Shown in pieces: positions 1 to 13,600 of a stretch of DNA of 64,000 nt. The stretch's first letter is position 1. Every line of letters starts with the position of its first letter. A program made the position numbers and the translations under genes. Origin of the DNA: Raillietiella orientalis (taxonomy: Eukaryota); NCBI GenBank assembly GCA_036172245.1, contig JAYWIR010000002.1:6076001-6140000 (forward strand). The letters are read 5' to 3'. A model generated the notes under the pieces. That model had not been told where the DNA came from, searched no databases, and worked only from the letters and a program-made list of their open reading frames with translations.

Positions 1-2261
1 TTTATACCATTCGTCTTTAAATATTCTAACCATAAATAACATCAACAATTACAAATGGTTACAAAACTGAAAAACTTCAAATTCCAGTCATATGAACAAC
101 AAATGCATTTTATACTCAGACATGTACCAGAAATTTTGCAAAAGCCTTCTCATGCACAATACCTAGCAGGCAAAATACAATTAAATCGATACTGATACTT
201 GAAACCAAAAATCCTCTTCCAGTTCTTTGCATATCCTGCTTGTACCCGGAATATGTTTTTTTTGTTTTTTTTTTGTTTTTTTTTTTTTTTTTACGATAAT
301 CTATCTTGGAAAGATAAGAGTACTGTTCAGTTTCTTCCATTTGCTCTTTGTTTACCATGGTAATCTGGATGTATAACTATATCAAAGAGTTCTTATCCCA
401 AATATACTGAATGAACTGGCTATGGGACACACACAGTACATGGCTTTATTGGTGTATGACTTATTTGGTGCTCACACTATCAGAAAACTTATTTGAAAGA
501 TTCATACTTCACTTTTTGCACAATACTGTCTGCTATTATTCGAAAATTAAAAAGAAAGGGATCTTCTTTCTTTTTAATTTTCTTTCAGGGTCTCTTCGAT
601 TCGTTAGTTGCTTTGAGGATTTTGGTCATAAGACAATTATACAATGTGACAAATGAAAAAATTGGCAATCAATAATGATTAAATAAAATATATTACAAAA
701 ATTTCATGTGAACAGCATATCATTTTCAACTGGTTTTAAAAACACAAACATAAAAGAAACTACACTTGTTTTCATTAAAGTTTTTTTTACATTTCTTCTG
801 TGTTCTAAAATCTTGAAAAAGATTGCCAAACAAGCTTATAACGAATTTATTGTAGTCTTATAGCTGCACTTTCCATTTCTAAATTGACAAGAAATGAGCA
901 GTTACCTCACAAAAGTCATAAACTTCATTAAAAATCAGCTTCGGTAATTTTTTCGTTTTTAGAACTTCATATTTTTCAAAACATTACATCAATCACCTCG
1001 AAATCAGGACTGAATGGATGATCAACTCCAATTACAATATTTCTAGAAGTTTTTCATTTTATGTTGCTACTTTAGGCAAACAAAAGCTCACTATATCTTG
1101 GTAAATGAGTTAAAGTCTCTATTTGAAATATGCATTACAAGCACCTTTTCTTCGTAATGTATTAAAGTCTTCACCTCAACTATCACATTTTAGTCTTCAC
1201 TTATCAGAACCAAACATTCCACATCTGTTGCTACTGAATATACATTTTTCTTACAAAGAATAAAGACATGTCTTCAATTCTATAGTATTATTTTAAAACC
1301 TACTTGAAAAATAGGAACTCCAGTACACCAATGAATTGGGACCAGTTTGCCAATACGGAAAGTTATTCAGAAGTGAGCTTTTCTATTTTTTTGTGTGTGT
1401 TTTTTTTAAAAAGATTAATTTCAAGTTTATTGGAAATTCACTTCAGAGCTAAGAAGTTGGACTGTCGGAATTTTTATTCTCACAGTCTTAGCACTGTAGT
1501 AATTCCAGCATTCACTTTCACGAATTTAAAGGAGCTCAAATTGTTGGATCACTATTATGTATGAACTCTTAAAACAAAAACCAAATACCCTGCAATATTA
1601 TGGCAATTTTTAATAAATTATAAAAGATCAAAATAATCTCTGCAATACACTGTTTTTCCAAGAAAAGCAAAAACAATTTCAAAACAATTCTTTTTGTTGA
1701 TTAGCTCTAAAAGAGTGCATGCTTCAATGCACCTTATATTAACACCTATCGCACATGAGATCACCAAGTAATTTGATAAAAATAAAATACTTGTTTGAGA
1801 ACATTTTGAAATTAGAGCATTCAAAACTCTGTATTTGCCCCTAAATAAAAAAATAAGCTATTTTGACGCACATTTTTAACAGGTTTACAAAAAAGCAAAT
1901 AAAGAATAAATTACATATCCATATTGCAAAGTGGAAATTTTGCAACAAGCATGCTCTTAAAATCAAAATAGCTTCATATAGAATATGCTGTGAGAACATA
2001 TTCTACATTAGATTATGGAACATACAAGATTTGCACGTTAAATCTGTCAGCTGGCAGGCTGAACACCCTAACACATGTTCAACATCTTCAACAGAAAAGG
2101 ATCACACGAAAATCCCTATTATTTTTCTTAATTTTCTATAAAGAACTTCACATCTCTGCAAGCCTAAGCTTAACAGCAAGTCTTGATGTCAAGAAACATT
2201 TGAAAAACATTGCAAAAATCGTTTCATTAAGATCAGCTTCTCAAAAAGTCAATTAACTTAC

Positions 2262-2452
2262 TTTGAAACAAAAAGTAACCAATATCAAGACTTTTGACCT
2301 TCATCTGATGGCTATCATCAGTCCAATCTATGGATATGATTTCTTGGAATGAAGGATATGTGACACTGTCTTTGTTCATTACTTCCAATAGTTGCTCATT
2401 CTGGCTGATCTTATTTCTATTTACAGTTCCTTCCATATGAACCTTTTTTTTA
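2262..2452 (-). CDS. SAE1: SAE1 coding exon 4 (later exons not found in the window)
   Basis: TTTAG acceptor, then KKKVHMEG...YPSFQEIISIDW...GYFLFQ, resembling the SAE1 EALEVDW...DYFLLQ segment. GTAAGT donor (phase 1). The frame is consistent across all four exons. Confidence 0.85.
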
Positions 2453-2494
2453 CTAAATGGATACATAAAAAAGTGAATATAAACACATACTTAC

Positions 2495-2748
2495 TATACA
2501 TATTCATGGGTTTGCAAATCAGATAATATGCAACCAAAAATTCCCCACACTTTCCCAAACAAGAATTTTATATTGTTCCTATGACATTCTTTATTAACTT
2601 GTGAAATTTCTTCCAATGAACAATCTGTTAAACAAACAACATCAAATTGCTGTAGGTCCACTGATGAATTAAGGAGTTTTTCATTCAAAGAGTTAACTGT
2701 AACCATTGGATTAAGCTGTTTCAATTTCTGAAGTGATGCTTCTGCACG
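2495..2748 (-). CDS. SAE1: SAE1 coding exon 3
   Basis: TTTTAG acceptor, then RAEASLQKLKQLNPMVTV...FDVVCLTDC...DLQTHEYV, then GTAAGT donor (phase 2). Confidence 0.93.
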
Positions 2749-3744
2749 CTAAAATAAAGAACATGCAAATTCTCATTTTTCATTAATGGGTATTAACTTT
2801 TTGATTCAATTTTTCTTTTTTACTGCAATGAAAATAAATACAGCATTACACAGTAAAAATTTTGAATCAAAGCTGCCAGTAAATGCAAATAACAGACTTA
2901 AGTTTGAGGGGAAGCAATCTGGCTTATTTTTCAAACAACAGACATTTTGAATAATGAAAGAATTATGCTTCATAATTTATGTGTTGCACAAATGCAAAAA
3001 ATATCATTATGTCACTAAGCAGTGAAATACCAGAATCAAAATGCACTTCGATGTTTCAAAAGTAGCAGCACCAAAGAATCATTAGCTTGTTTAAATCTGA
3101 AGATTCAATTTTGCAACAGATTTAAACCACGAGAATTGGTGGATACAAATCACTCAATGCCTGAGACAGAAATTATCATGACTTTGTGCGCTTCTGACAC
3201 TCTTATGCAAAATTATTAGTTCTCACTACTTTATTTCATATAATGGGTAAGATAATTTATTATTATATAATAGGTAATAACCCATTATATAATAAGAAAT
3301 CAGGTTAAAACACTTCAACAGAATTGCAGCAATCAAATTAATCAGTGATCAGTTTTCAGCAAGCTTCCTTCTAACTGAATCATTTCATAAGAGCCAGTTT
3401 TTTATACTTTTAATATTCAGATCATAAATTTAACCAATTGATAAATTTTTTGATAACCATTTAGTAATTCTGATATAATGCATCAACCAAGATTGACAAA
3501 GCAAATTTGCTGGCACAATATTTGTTGAAATTTAACTATCTAGATTTAAGAAATGACAATAATTAAAGTCAGTTGTCAAAAGTTTCCAAAAACAGATTTT
3601 CAGTTTTTTTTTCTTTTTTTGGGGAGAAGGGGGAATCAGTTATAAATGTGGTAATAAATATAGTTAAATCTTTAATCAATTAATTTAACACTGATGAAAT
3701 CTTTTTGAAATGCAATCAATAACAATATAATTTGCCAATCTTAC

Positions 3745-3916
3745 ATTTTTTCCCATATCTTCTTTTGATATTAAAAACTGTGCCACACAATTATCACTAG
3801 TTGCTTCTCTGTCATCTACTATAGTCAGTTCTTTCACTCCTGTAAGAACTAAATTTTTTGCAACTTCAGCTCCTAAACCACCAGCACCAATAATCAAAAT
3901 CTTTGATTTCCTCAAT
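3745..3916 (-). CDS. SAE1: SAE1 coding exon 2 (ThiF/E1 Rossmann motif)
   Basis: TTAG acceptor, then LRKSKILIIGAGGLGAEVAKNLVLTGVKELTIVD...EDMGKN, then GTAAGA donor (phase 0). Confidence 0.95.
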
Positions 3917-5127
3917 CTAACATGAATAACAAACAAAAATGTTACCAATGAACAACAAACAAGCAAAATTCATAATTACACAGCAGCATATTGTCTACAC
4001 AGTAAATCGAAATTACGTGGATTTATTATATATCAGAAATTAATCACTAAGAGGAAATTCAAGGTCATGGATAACTGAAAAGGTATTCTAGCTTAATCTA
4101 CTTCTCAGAAATGCAATGTTTACAACATGCACACACATGACATGCTACCACAACATGAATCCCCAAATATACAAATCCACTTTCCATTCGAATATACGTT
4201 ATCTAAGAAACAGTTAAAAACATTTTTTAAACACAAACACAAATCTCACATAAGGTTTCCAAACACCGAATGTCTTTGGATGCACTAATAAATCCACATA
4301 CAAATATTTATATCCAATTATAAAATTCATGAGTATGCAAAAATAAAACGTTTGAATGACTTAAGTGTCAATTTAATTTGGTTCAATGACATACCACAGT
4401 TAATATTTATAACATTCTGGAAACAAAATGTTTAATAAGTACATGGGTACAACATATTCGACATTTAACTTAAGGATTGTAATTTCATTGTATTGAAATC
4501 TAACTTCAATGATATCTATGTTCACTGTCTACTTATACATAACGTTTCTTTAAAAAAAAAAAAAATTTGGAAATAACCCACTCAGAGGGCATTTCCCATA
4601 CCAGCACAAAACGCCCCAGGACCTCTCCATGATATAAAAAAAACTGCAAAGTTACTCGTCCAATTATTGCTGTAACTATTTACAAAAGTTGCCTTTCAAG
4701 TAGCGTATACTTAAATTCCGCTAACAAAATTCTGTTTTTCAAAAGGATGGAAACCTGTGAGGAAGCACAAACATGGCATAGAAAGCATATAAATTAAAAA
4801 TGTAAAAAAAAATAATGTAAAAAGGTATGCGTAACGACTGGCTACTCAAGTGCTATGAAGTAATTCAAGTGATGGGGTTAGATACTGTTTTGCAGTGAAA
4901 ATTATCGAGTCAACCCCAACGTGTCCAGCAAGCCCAAATTCACGTTTACTCCAAGATCAGCACTAGGTGACAAAGAACTAAACATGACGGCAACGCCTTT
5001 CCGGGCTTACAAGCAAAGCTGCTGCCGGTTCATTGGAATTCGACAGCACCACAACGATGACTTTGGGGGGAGGGGGGAAGGGAACCGATCTTTCGTATGG
5101 GGCTTTGAGCGTCACAACCAAGCTTAC

Positions 5128-5228
5128 TTGTTCTGGGCTTCCAATCCCCATAATCGTATTTGGCGATCGTATAATGCTGCCTCATCTTCAGAAATTTTCA
5201 CAGTGTCATTCTCGCTTGCTGTTTCCAT
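5128..5228 (-). CDS. SAE1: SUMO-activating enzyme subunit 1, coding exon 1 (missed by the ORF track)
   Basis: Manual translation gives METASENDTVKISEDEAALYDRQIRLWGLEAQN, with the E1 signature YDRQIRLWG. It ends at an AA|GTAAGC donor (phase 2), matching the exon 2 acceptor phase. Confidence 0.95.
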
Positions 5229-5460
5229 TCCCGGCTTCACGTGGTCACCAGGACGCTCACCGCAGGTACCTCACACGAGCTTAACGTGTCGCAGACGGCG
5301 TCCACCATGGTCCCTCGGGCTTCCCGTGTCACCGCCACCCAGGAGAGCCTGCGTTTCGCGCGCAAACCAGACGTAGTCAGGGTGTGCAGCTCCGATGGGA
5401 GTTCTGCCAGGAAAGGCACATCCAGGTGAATGTATCCTGCACGAAAACGGTCGAACTAGC
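5229..5460. promoter_or_regulatory. CpG-rich 5' UTR/promoter region of SAE1
   Basis: Local GC/CpG-rich patch directly upstream of the SAE1 ATG within AT-rich DNA. E-box CACGTG at 5238-5243. Confidence 0.5.
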
Positions 5461-6379
5461 TAATCAATATCCTGGTTGATGAAATTTTTTCAAGTCTTCA
5501 AAAGAGCAAGGAAAAGAATGCTGCGATGCCAACTCCACGCAACCACGCAAGCTCGTGAAAAGTACTTCGAGACTGAGAATGCAATGAAGCAGTACATGTG
5601 ACAAAGTTTGGACGAATCCCCCCCCCCCCCATCAGATGAAACGGCATAAATGACATTGGCAATTTAACAATGTAACACGGAAAAATGATCTGTGTAAATA
5701 CAATGCGTGCAATATGACGAACACGTGATTTTCAAGCCTTGCCATTGCAGACGTGCATAATGGTTTTCTTGAGAAAATCTGTGATCCTTAATTGCTAGAT
5801 CCTTCCTGATCCAGCAACGCATTCTAGAAAATCCAGGAGGAAGCATTTTTGCATGAAAATCATAATGAAAAAAAATGCATTCGTATAGCACTCCGGCAAA
5901 ACCTTTTTTATTCCTTAAATTGTCTTCGAGTCAGCTTTCTGTCTCGAATGACCACATGTTTGCTAAGAAACTCGCGAAATGGAAGTCCAACCTTTTATCG
6001 ATACAAAATCGTTAGAATGTGTGTTTGTTTGAAAAACAACCTTGTAGCTTATCAGGGAGTTTTGATTTCATTTTGCACCTTCATCACAAAATAAATCGAA
6101 AAGTTAATAAGAAGAGATTTCTCAACTTATTGTAAGGGCATTCATAACTTTTGGTATCAAGCTGGTACTAAATTTTTTCCACTGTTACAGTTACCGCGGC
6201 TTGATTTTGACCACTTTTCCCTATTACGGGGTTGTGAAGTCCGAAAAGATGCATAACCAGCCTCACCCAGAGTCATACACACTCAAGGTATACGCATTGG
6301 TCTAAGACTTCACCTAGGCTCCCTTTTTTCACTTAATTTTCGTATGATGAAGCATACTTGCACGCGGATGGAATGTATA

Positions 6380-8250
6380 TTATTCAAAAATGGCAAAAGG
6401 GGATCATTTTGAAATAAGTAAGCGGTGAAGTCAAGAAACCACAGATTTTATTTCGACTACTAACTGGTGTCCAATCAAATATTTCCTCATGATCTGCTGT
6501 TGACAATGAAAGGCATCATATCTGCAACTAATCTCAACTGGCTACTAACAAGAAAGAAAAAAATAGGCTCCTGCGTGAGCAAATAATGATCGTCTAAATT
6601 TGATTTCATTGCCAGCGTTAGATTGATCTAACGCTAGACAGACAGTAATTCTAGGGCATGTCCTGGTAGGGACAAACTTTTGACTAAATTACTGAAGATG
6701 GCAACGTCCTCTACTAATTTCAAGGCACTCAACTCGAGATTCTAGAACACGCTAGTGGAGTTTTTGAACATATATACTCAGATAAAAAAAGGCTCGTTAA
6801 TTTCTTTTTTCCTGTAAACATTACTGGAGTATCCCTATTGAGCAGCATTCAGAACCAATAGAATGGATAAGACAGACTATGATCTTACAAACCAAATCTC
6901 ACTTATTGGGACCATATTTTACGTTGTGTACCAAAGACTGCAAGCAGATTGAAACGGTGCCCCTTTCTAAGAATGCTCGGATGAGGTTTGCAGGATTTTG
7001 GCCAATATCAAAAGATAATTAATGCAGAATTATTTTTTTTTCTTTAATCTCCGGCAGATATGACGAATGCTGTCTCATTGACGCTTTGATGTCGATCTTC
7101 ACTAGGATATACATGCATATGCTGATGTATTTCGATTTTTCCATTTCATCGTAACAAAACTTGGAAACGGCACCAACAATTCCCTAGAGAGCTGTGTATC
7201 ATTGCACACGAGCTGCAAAGATCAGTGGCACGGAAAAGTAGCAAAAGTTGTGGTTGAGTAGAGGAATTATGAGGAAGGAGGATTCTTATACTCTGAAGAA
7301 GACAAAAAAGAGAGTAAGCAAAACAGCATGGGAGGAATTTTACTGAATTGAAAGGTTCAGCAGAGGCGAAGGTTAGAAATGTCATAGGACAGATTTTGAG
7401 AGACGCGCAGTAACAAATAACACCATAAAGGGGAGACATCATTCATTTTTTGGGTTACATCATAGGTGACAGCCAGCAGTGGCCGATAAGTGTTAGCGTG
7501 ACTTTCATAGTGGGAAATCTTCAGTTGCCACAAATTTTCTGGTATCAATCAGAAACCTCTATGCCGTCCAAGAAAGGCATAACTACTTAATATGACCATC
7601 CACGAAAGAGTTTGCTATGAAAATCATTAATAGGTTTCATAAAAAGTTTCCCCTGTGCTATGGAGGGGTCTTGACTCAGTACGGGAACGCTTAAGCCCAT
7701 CATTATAAGAACACTTAGTCTTCGATCTTAAAATTTCTCTTCCATACTAAAAATTCACTTGAAGAAAATGCACCAAATTCGAGAAACGGATGAGCAACAT
7801 TCCTAAAGAATTTTGTTTTGGTCAGGGATCAGAGAAAGTACGTTGCTCCTTCCTGAAGCCAGTTGGAGCCTTAATGACCCACAGTCCACCTGGAGTATTA
7901 CTATAAAGCGGACGGCTTAGAAAATGATCCTATCAAAGGCGATCTGCATCGGAGTTTGTGAAATAAGGGCATCACCATGGACTTCCATAATTCGGAATTT
8001 CCCTATGGACTTAGGTGTGAATACAGTAGGCAGAGTACATAATTTCTCTGTAGGCACTTCAGAGAAAATTGATACAGGGTCCGCCATGCAATCCATTTAG
8101 CAATGTTACAGCCTGACTTTCATCGAAATTACCTTTCATATTGCTTAAAAGTAATATACGCAAATTTGGAGTTTTTGCAGGGGCGTTTGCATAACACTGA
8201 TAGAATCTTAGTCACATTGCTGGTCTCGAGTGCATAGCCTGCCTTGGAGG
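6380..8250 (+). mobile_element. Highly degenerate Ty3/Gypsy pol remnant (RT-RNaseH-integrase)
   Basis: Decayed motifs in the expected order: YLGH-like ~6900, FLG-like ~6990, VAD..SR-like ~7480, ITMDF ~7970. Many stops and frameshifts. Confidence 0.45.
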
Positions 8251-8429
8251 CGCCTTTATCTTTCCTGATCAATATATTTGTAATGAAAGCTAGAATATAT
8301 TAAATTATATTTTAGAAGCGGTGCATCTGTCAAGAGCTAAGTCCCCAGAGAAATCCGTAGCCAAGGGAACGGACCACCCAGGAGGACCAGTTTCAATTCC
8401 CGGCATGGAAACCAGTGGAAAAGGGTTCC

Positions 8430-8464
8430 ATCGCTTCTTGGCCTTTTGGCTGAGATCAAAGTGT
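8430..8464 (+). pseudogene. U2 snRNA 5' fragment (nt 1 to ~35)
   Basis: ATCGCTTCTTGGCCTTTTGGCTGAGATCAAAGTGT matches the U2 5' end ATCGCTTCTCGGCCTT(T/A)TGGCTAAGATCAA(A)GTGT with 2 substitutions, and stops within the branch-point recognition sequence. Confidence 0.9.
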
Positions 8465-9600
8465 CGGGTAGATTGTGTGCATTATATAGATTTACAGAGA
8501 TCAACCTTTCACCCCCGATTTGTCTACCATTGACTTAAATATACCCCTCTCAGGTATAACTAAAGTTCGGTAGCGACTATCGAAGGAGGTCGTAGTTTCA
8601 GGCTTCGTCTGCAGTCTCCTACTTCAAGCAGAGCTGCCGATGTTTGGTTACTTTTCGAGCAAGGTCCAGCACTGGCTGGAAAAGCATGGTTATAGCCATG
8701 TTTCTAAGGTTGAGTAAATGAGGGGGCGTGCTCGGAAGCACACATTGATTCTCAGCTTGCCGACAAACCGAAGACAAAGAGAAAATAGTCTGTGCAGAGC
8801 CGAAAATTCTCTGTCTTCTAGCGGCTATTTATCTCTCATAGCACACGGACAGAAAGCATTTTGCAGCCGTCCGCGCTTCTGCTATTATTTTGGATGCAGT
8901 GATAAGAATCAGCTGGTATCAAACAGGAGGAGGAACACCTCTGCCTCCGTCTGACTAAACTTTCGTTGTTCTTGTAACCGTGCTTGCGGCTGCTTACTTG
9001 AGATCATGAAAACCATAAAAGCACTTGGCGAATCGATATTGCATGAATTTTCAAGTCTGCAAACGAAAAATGGAATAAATGATTAAATCTTAGGTAACGG
9101 TGGGGATTGTGGATCTCGCGGAATCACATGTGGAATAACATTCCATCTTACACTTCTTACAGATATGAAATGTGGCAGCCAGGGAAGTTTCCGGTGCGTT
9201 GATGGCAAGCGATCTCCACCAAAGTCCAAAGGCGGGTAGAATTTGTTTTCACTTTGAAGGCTGCACACTCTAAGAGGACTGCATATGTATATTGGTGGCT
9301 TGGATCCGTGAATCCAGCTTGGCAATTCCATCCTACCAAGGAAGGAGGACGAACCATTTGGGACGAAGGCGTCCCCAAAGCAGGAAGACAGAAATCAAAA
9401 GCAGTACTCTGGATTCGGAGGAAAGGAACCCTCAACCGTGTTTGCCGTGTTCTGACTCCTGAAGAACCAAACGGTTTGCCACAGGCTTACGAGAAACTAG
9501 AGGGTGAACGATAACGTGTGATGTCTTTAATCGAAGATTGTTTGCTGGAGATGCTTGATGTGGCCATAGCTGATTGCACTGTGAGGATCTGTGCATATTT
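8465..9600 (+). mobile_element. 5'-truncated degenerate LINE reverse transcriptase (CR1/L2/Jockey-like)
   Basis: Starts with VDCVHYIDLQRSTF (vD.i.lDf.KAFD-like), then GRSFRLRLQSPTS...FEQGPAL (GvpQGs.L-like), a K.LGV-like motif ~9085 and a Y...W.P thumb-like motif ~9290. The right boundary is uncertain. Confidence 0.55.
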
Positions 9601-10749
9601 GTTGGGCCAGGCCTAGCAAATATTTCATTACTTGTGTGAAAAGACGTGTTTTCTTTTTCTTCCTTTGTTTGGAAGTTTCGTTCAAGGAACTTTCCTCCCG
9701 GTGAATTTCATCAGTCCATTATTAGAATGTGAAGTCATGCATGTATCCTGAGTTTTAATTCCTATCCTTGGAAATTTCAATTTCAGTTTTTTTTTTTTTA
9801 CTTTGAGCTTTCGAAGAATTCTCCAAAAGGCTGCTCCTAATGTATATATCAAGGTAATTAGAAATGCCGTTCATTAAGGAATTTGAATGTGTCGGAATGA
9901 AGGGTAAATAGTCTGACAATTCCGAAAGCAAACTTTTGTGTGATTTTCTGTTTATTATGAATGATGAGAATCAGATTTGTGACCTCGAAACCAAATTCTT
10001 TTTCTTTGAGACTTGTGTCTGTTTTCTGTATATGTGAACTGTCTGCATATGTCTGTCATCTGTATTAATTTCTAGGTTCGGTACTAGGACGAACTTGTTT
10101 TAGAGGACTGGAAGTTTCATCATACTTATGATTCCCAAACAAAAGATTTAGGATGTCAATGATTGTTAGGATGAACCTTTAAAAGCAAGAGCAGTCACTT
10201 AACAAGAGTTAAGCATTTGTAAGACCAGTCCTTAACGTTCTTCGAATGAATAATGTATCTAAAGAAAGTCACCAAGACTGTCTATTATTGAGAACTATGA
10301 GTCAGAGTGAGAATACTAGAATGTATGCCATATAGTTAAATATGATTTAAACCAAGCATGATGCATGTTTCTTTTTTGAGATTCCCTTTCCTATTGCATG
10401 TTTTCGTAGCATATTTTTCTAATTTGCTGATATCAGCAAATTCGAAAAATATATTATATGCAACCTGTTATAGAAATTCCATTGCAAGCATATTTCATTG
10501 TTTAATAATGAGATATGCTAGAAATTAGATGAATTATGGTACTGAAAAAAAAGTGACTATCACCATTTTGCATGTGGTAACAAGAGTATATTAAAAACAA
10601 AATGTTGGGAATGGCACTGAAGGACATAAGCACTTTGGAAGATTTGATGCCATTTAAAATGAGAATGGAAGCCATCTTGGTCGCTTGCTTTCCATAGCAG
10701 TACTGATGCTACTTATCTGTTAGCTGATATCATCAAAATTCCTCCTTAA

Positions 10750-13600
10750 AATTTCTGCCTGTTGTCTTCGAATGATTGTGAACCATGCTGGAGCATGGTT
10801 CACAACCATCAAACAGATCAGCACACATGGTGCATCTTTTTGATGAGACAAACACCAATTTCGGAATTTCCCCGTGCTAAACTGCGAGTATTTTTTTTTA
10901 AACAATGGGGAATCTTAATTTCAAATAGAGTAGGAACAAGTGCAACCAGAAAGTACTATTCAAGTGGAATTAGGATAGGACCTGGGATGTAGGATTAGCA
11001 AGGTTGCAATAATTGTTAGAATGTTCCAATAATTTCAAAGAGGCTGCTCTTTTAAGGATTCAGCATAATTCTTGGTTACATCATTTCCTAAAATTTAACC
11101 ACTTCCTGCAGTTTCAAAGGAGTTCAGGTCACGTGTAAACTGGAATTTAACACAGCAATATAAGAGTTTGGTTAGCAGAAATAAATAATTTTTAGTTGCC
11201 TGTGCAGCCGTTCTTTAAGGGTTCTCCAGAAGACATACTTGAGCATTCTGCTGGCGAAACATTTTATGATGCACATCTGTAGGATATGACTGCATTCAGG
11301 ATCCTATTCATAGGCTTGAACAGGTAGGATGCAAAAGAGAACTAAATGTTGTATACCTCGAGCACCAAATTTGTGCGTGTGACATATCTATTGATGATTC
11401 AGCACTTCCCTTTATACACAATTTCTTGAAGTGGACTGAAATTACAAGTTTTGCGTGCTAGTAAACTTCTTTTCAAAGAGGCAGATAAAATCAAATTCAA
11501 GGTACAACGATGAGCAAAGGTGTTTACAGCAGAAAGCCCTTGGATTCTTATGAGGTTTACACGAAACAAATGCATCAAATACTACTCGGTTTGAATCCAA
11601 AAGGGTAAATAAAATTCATTTTGAAATTTATGAGGCGACAACGTAAGAAGGAAGCCTTCCGTTGCTCCCATGAATGGAGCTACTCCGTTCTCGATTTATT
11701 TCGCATTTGAGATGAATGGGAAGCATCGATTTGATCCGCAGTAGTCGGGCCTTATTCTTGCCTCATTTTACCCTGATGTCGGTATTCATAACATCCATAG
11801 CTGCAGTTTTGCATTACTTATCATAATTAAACAGATGTCCGTATCACCACATTGAGCCGAACTGGATGTCTAGTCAAGAGCCAGCTGTTCTCACTTATGC
11901 AGCTTTGCCACATTTATCATAGTTCTACCTTTTTCGACTTCTTGACGAGGCAAAGAGATGGGGCAAAGGTTCTTATGCAAATATTTTTGCGTTTCCCTCT
12001 GCACCAACTCAAGTGGCCAATATGTTGCTGTTTTGTTCTTCCTCGGAGAGGCAACCCTGCTGCGTCTGTGCTGGAGAGATTCGTGTTCTGAGATCTTTGT
12101 TGCTCCATTTACTTGCATCTTGAAGCGTGGATCGCTGCACTAAAGCCAGTGCGGTAGATTCCAGACTTCTTAGACCTCATGCTTCCTTGTGCCTCGTTGC
12201 TACCACCACAGTTGCGTCCTTCCTTGTATACCGAATAAAAATGTGTAATTGGTGCTCAGTAGGTGCTCACCACAGTTGCGGTGCTATTTCGTCTCAGCCA
12301 CAGGTAATGGCATCTGCCCGAATTCACCGGCCAATTCTCCCTCGTGATTTGGGGTGTAGTAGGCAGTTGGTGTGTGTCTGCCATTGAGAGTGAATTGCGT
12401 AATCAGCAATCTTGAGGCGCTACTTGAGTTAGTAGGCAGCAGCTCGGTAAGGGTGCTGATGGAATCTCTCGTGGTGTTTGCTTAGCTGCTTTTGCTTAAT
12501 CAGGAGCAGCTCATGTGAAGCTCGTTGATACAGATTTTCCAGTTCAGTTTTTCGGATCCAAATCGGTCGGAAGATGCTCAAACGCTGTTCCGCGAACTCG
12601 CCATCTTTATTCAACTGATCCTCGAAAATGTGAAGTTCAATTCTGCACCACGTTTGATTCGTTAATGAAATCGACGAATTATGAAAGGGAGCTGAGGAAT
12701 TCAACCTTCCTGCTTCCCACAGCACAGCCGCACCAACATTTCAGAACCCAAGCATGCATTCGATCGCATCGGAAGCGGCCCGCATTCATCTCCGAAGCCC
12801 CGACCGCTTACGATAAAATATATGTATATTTTTCATGGGTACGCTAGTCATTTTGTATGCTGGGTGCCTGGGAGGTTTAAATGCAAAATTCAGGGTTATC
12901 AGCTCTGCTTTCGAAAGGCATTTTCCCCGACTAGTTACATGTGGGTCGGAAGCGGATCCTGACTGATTGCAGGATCCGCACGAAAGAGCTGTTCTGCCAA
13001 CGAGAACAGTCAGGACGTTGCACGAGCTCTGTGCTTTTGTCGCAAGGTAATCTGGCAAACTCCAGTCGGGAACGGCAGGTACGACGTGTTGCCATCTCAA
13101 CATTACGGTCCCCCAAGCGCCATGGGCCTGAACGGACCTGCGTTTTCTGGGATTTACAGATGTGATGGCTTGCGAAACGTGGCTCGGACGCTTCGGCGCG
13201 TTTACGCCGCGAGCTCCAGAGTCAAAACTATGGTGCCTCTTTTTTTCTTTTTCCCTAGCTATCATTATCTTTCCCGGCGATATGTGCCCTCAATTTATTT
13301 CAGTCACGATTCTGGTGTACCGGCGCACACCTTCCCGAAGATGCGGTTTCAATGCTTTCTTGCGAGCGGGTCCAGTGTATCGAACGATTCTCTCTTGTTC
13401 TTGCTTCATGAAGCCTGTGCAGTATTGCAATACGGTCCTCCTTACACCGGGGGTGTAGACCCAATGTGCAGTACGCAGAACATCCATCCCAATAATGCCA
13501 TTGATTTTATCCACGTGGCAGCTCAGGGGCATAGCTGATTTTTGATGTCTGAGTGACTCTGAGTTGTAGCCATCTGGTATATAGATCGGAACCGCTTCAC
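10750..13600 (-). mobile_element. Degenerate Ty3/Gypsy pol (protease-RT-RNaseH-integrase)
   Basis: Protease tail GIIGMDVL (~13490), RT start MLRWQHVVPAVPDWSLPDYLATKAQSS (ML..GII.PS.SPWSSP..LV.K.DGS-like), VEFL ~12700 and integrase QFT ~11135. Confidence 0.65.

Noticed and set aside
1303..1382. Candidate fifth SAE1 exon
   Set aside because: In the required phase it hits a stop within 7 codons and shows no SAE1 similarity.
4580..5460. Apparent Gypsy integrase-like motifs on the minus strand and the 151-aa plus-strand ORF 4921-5376
   Set aside because: The region is explained by SAE1 exon 1, its promoter and intron. The motif matches are weak and probably chance.
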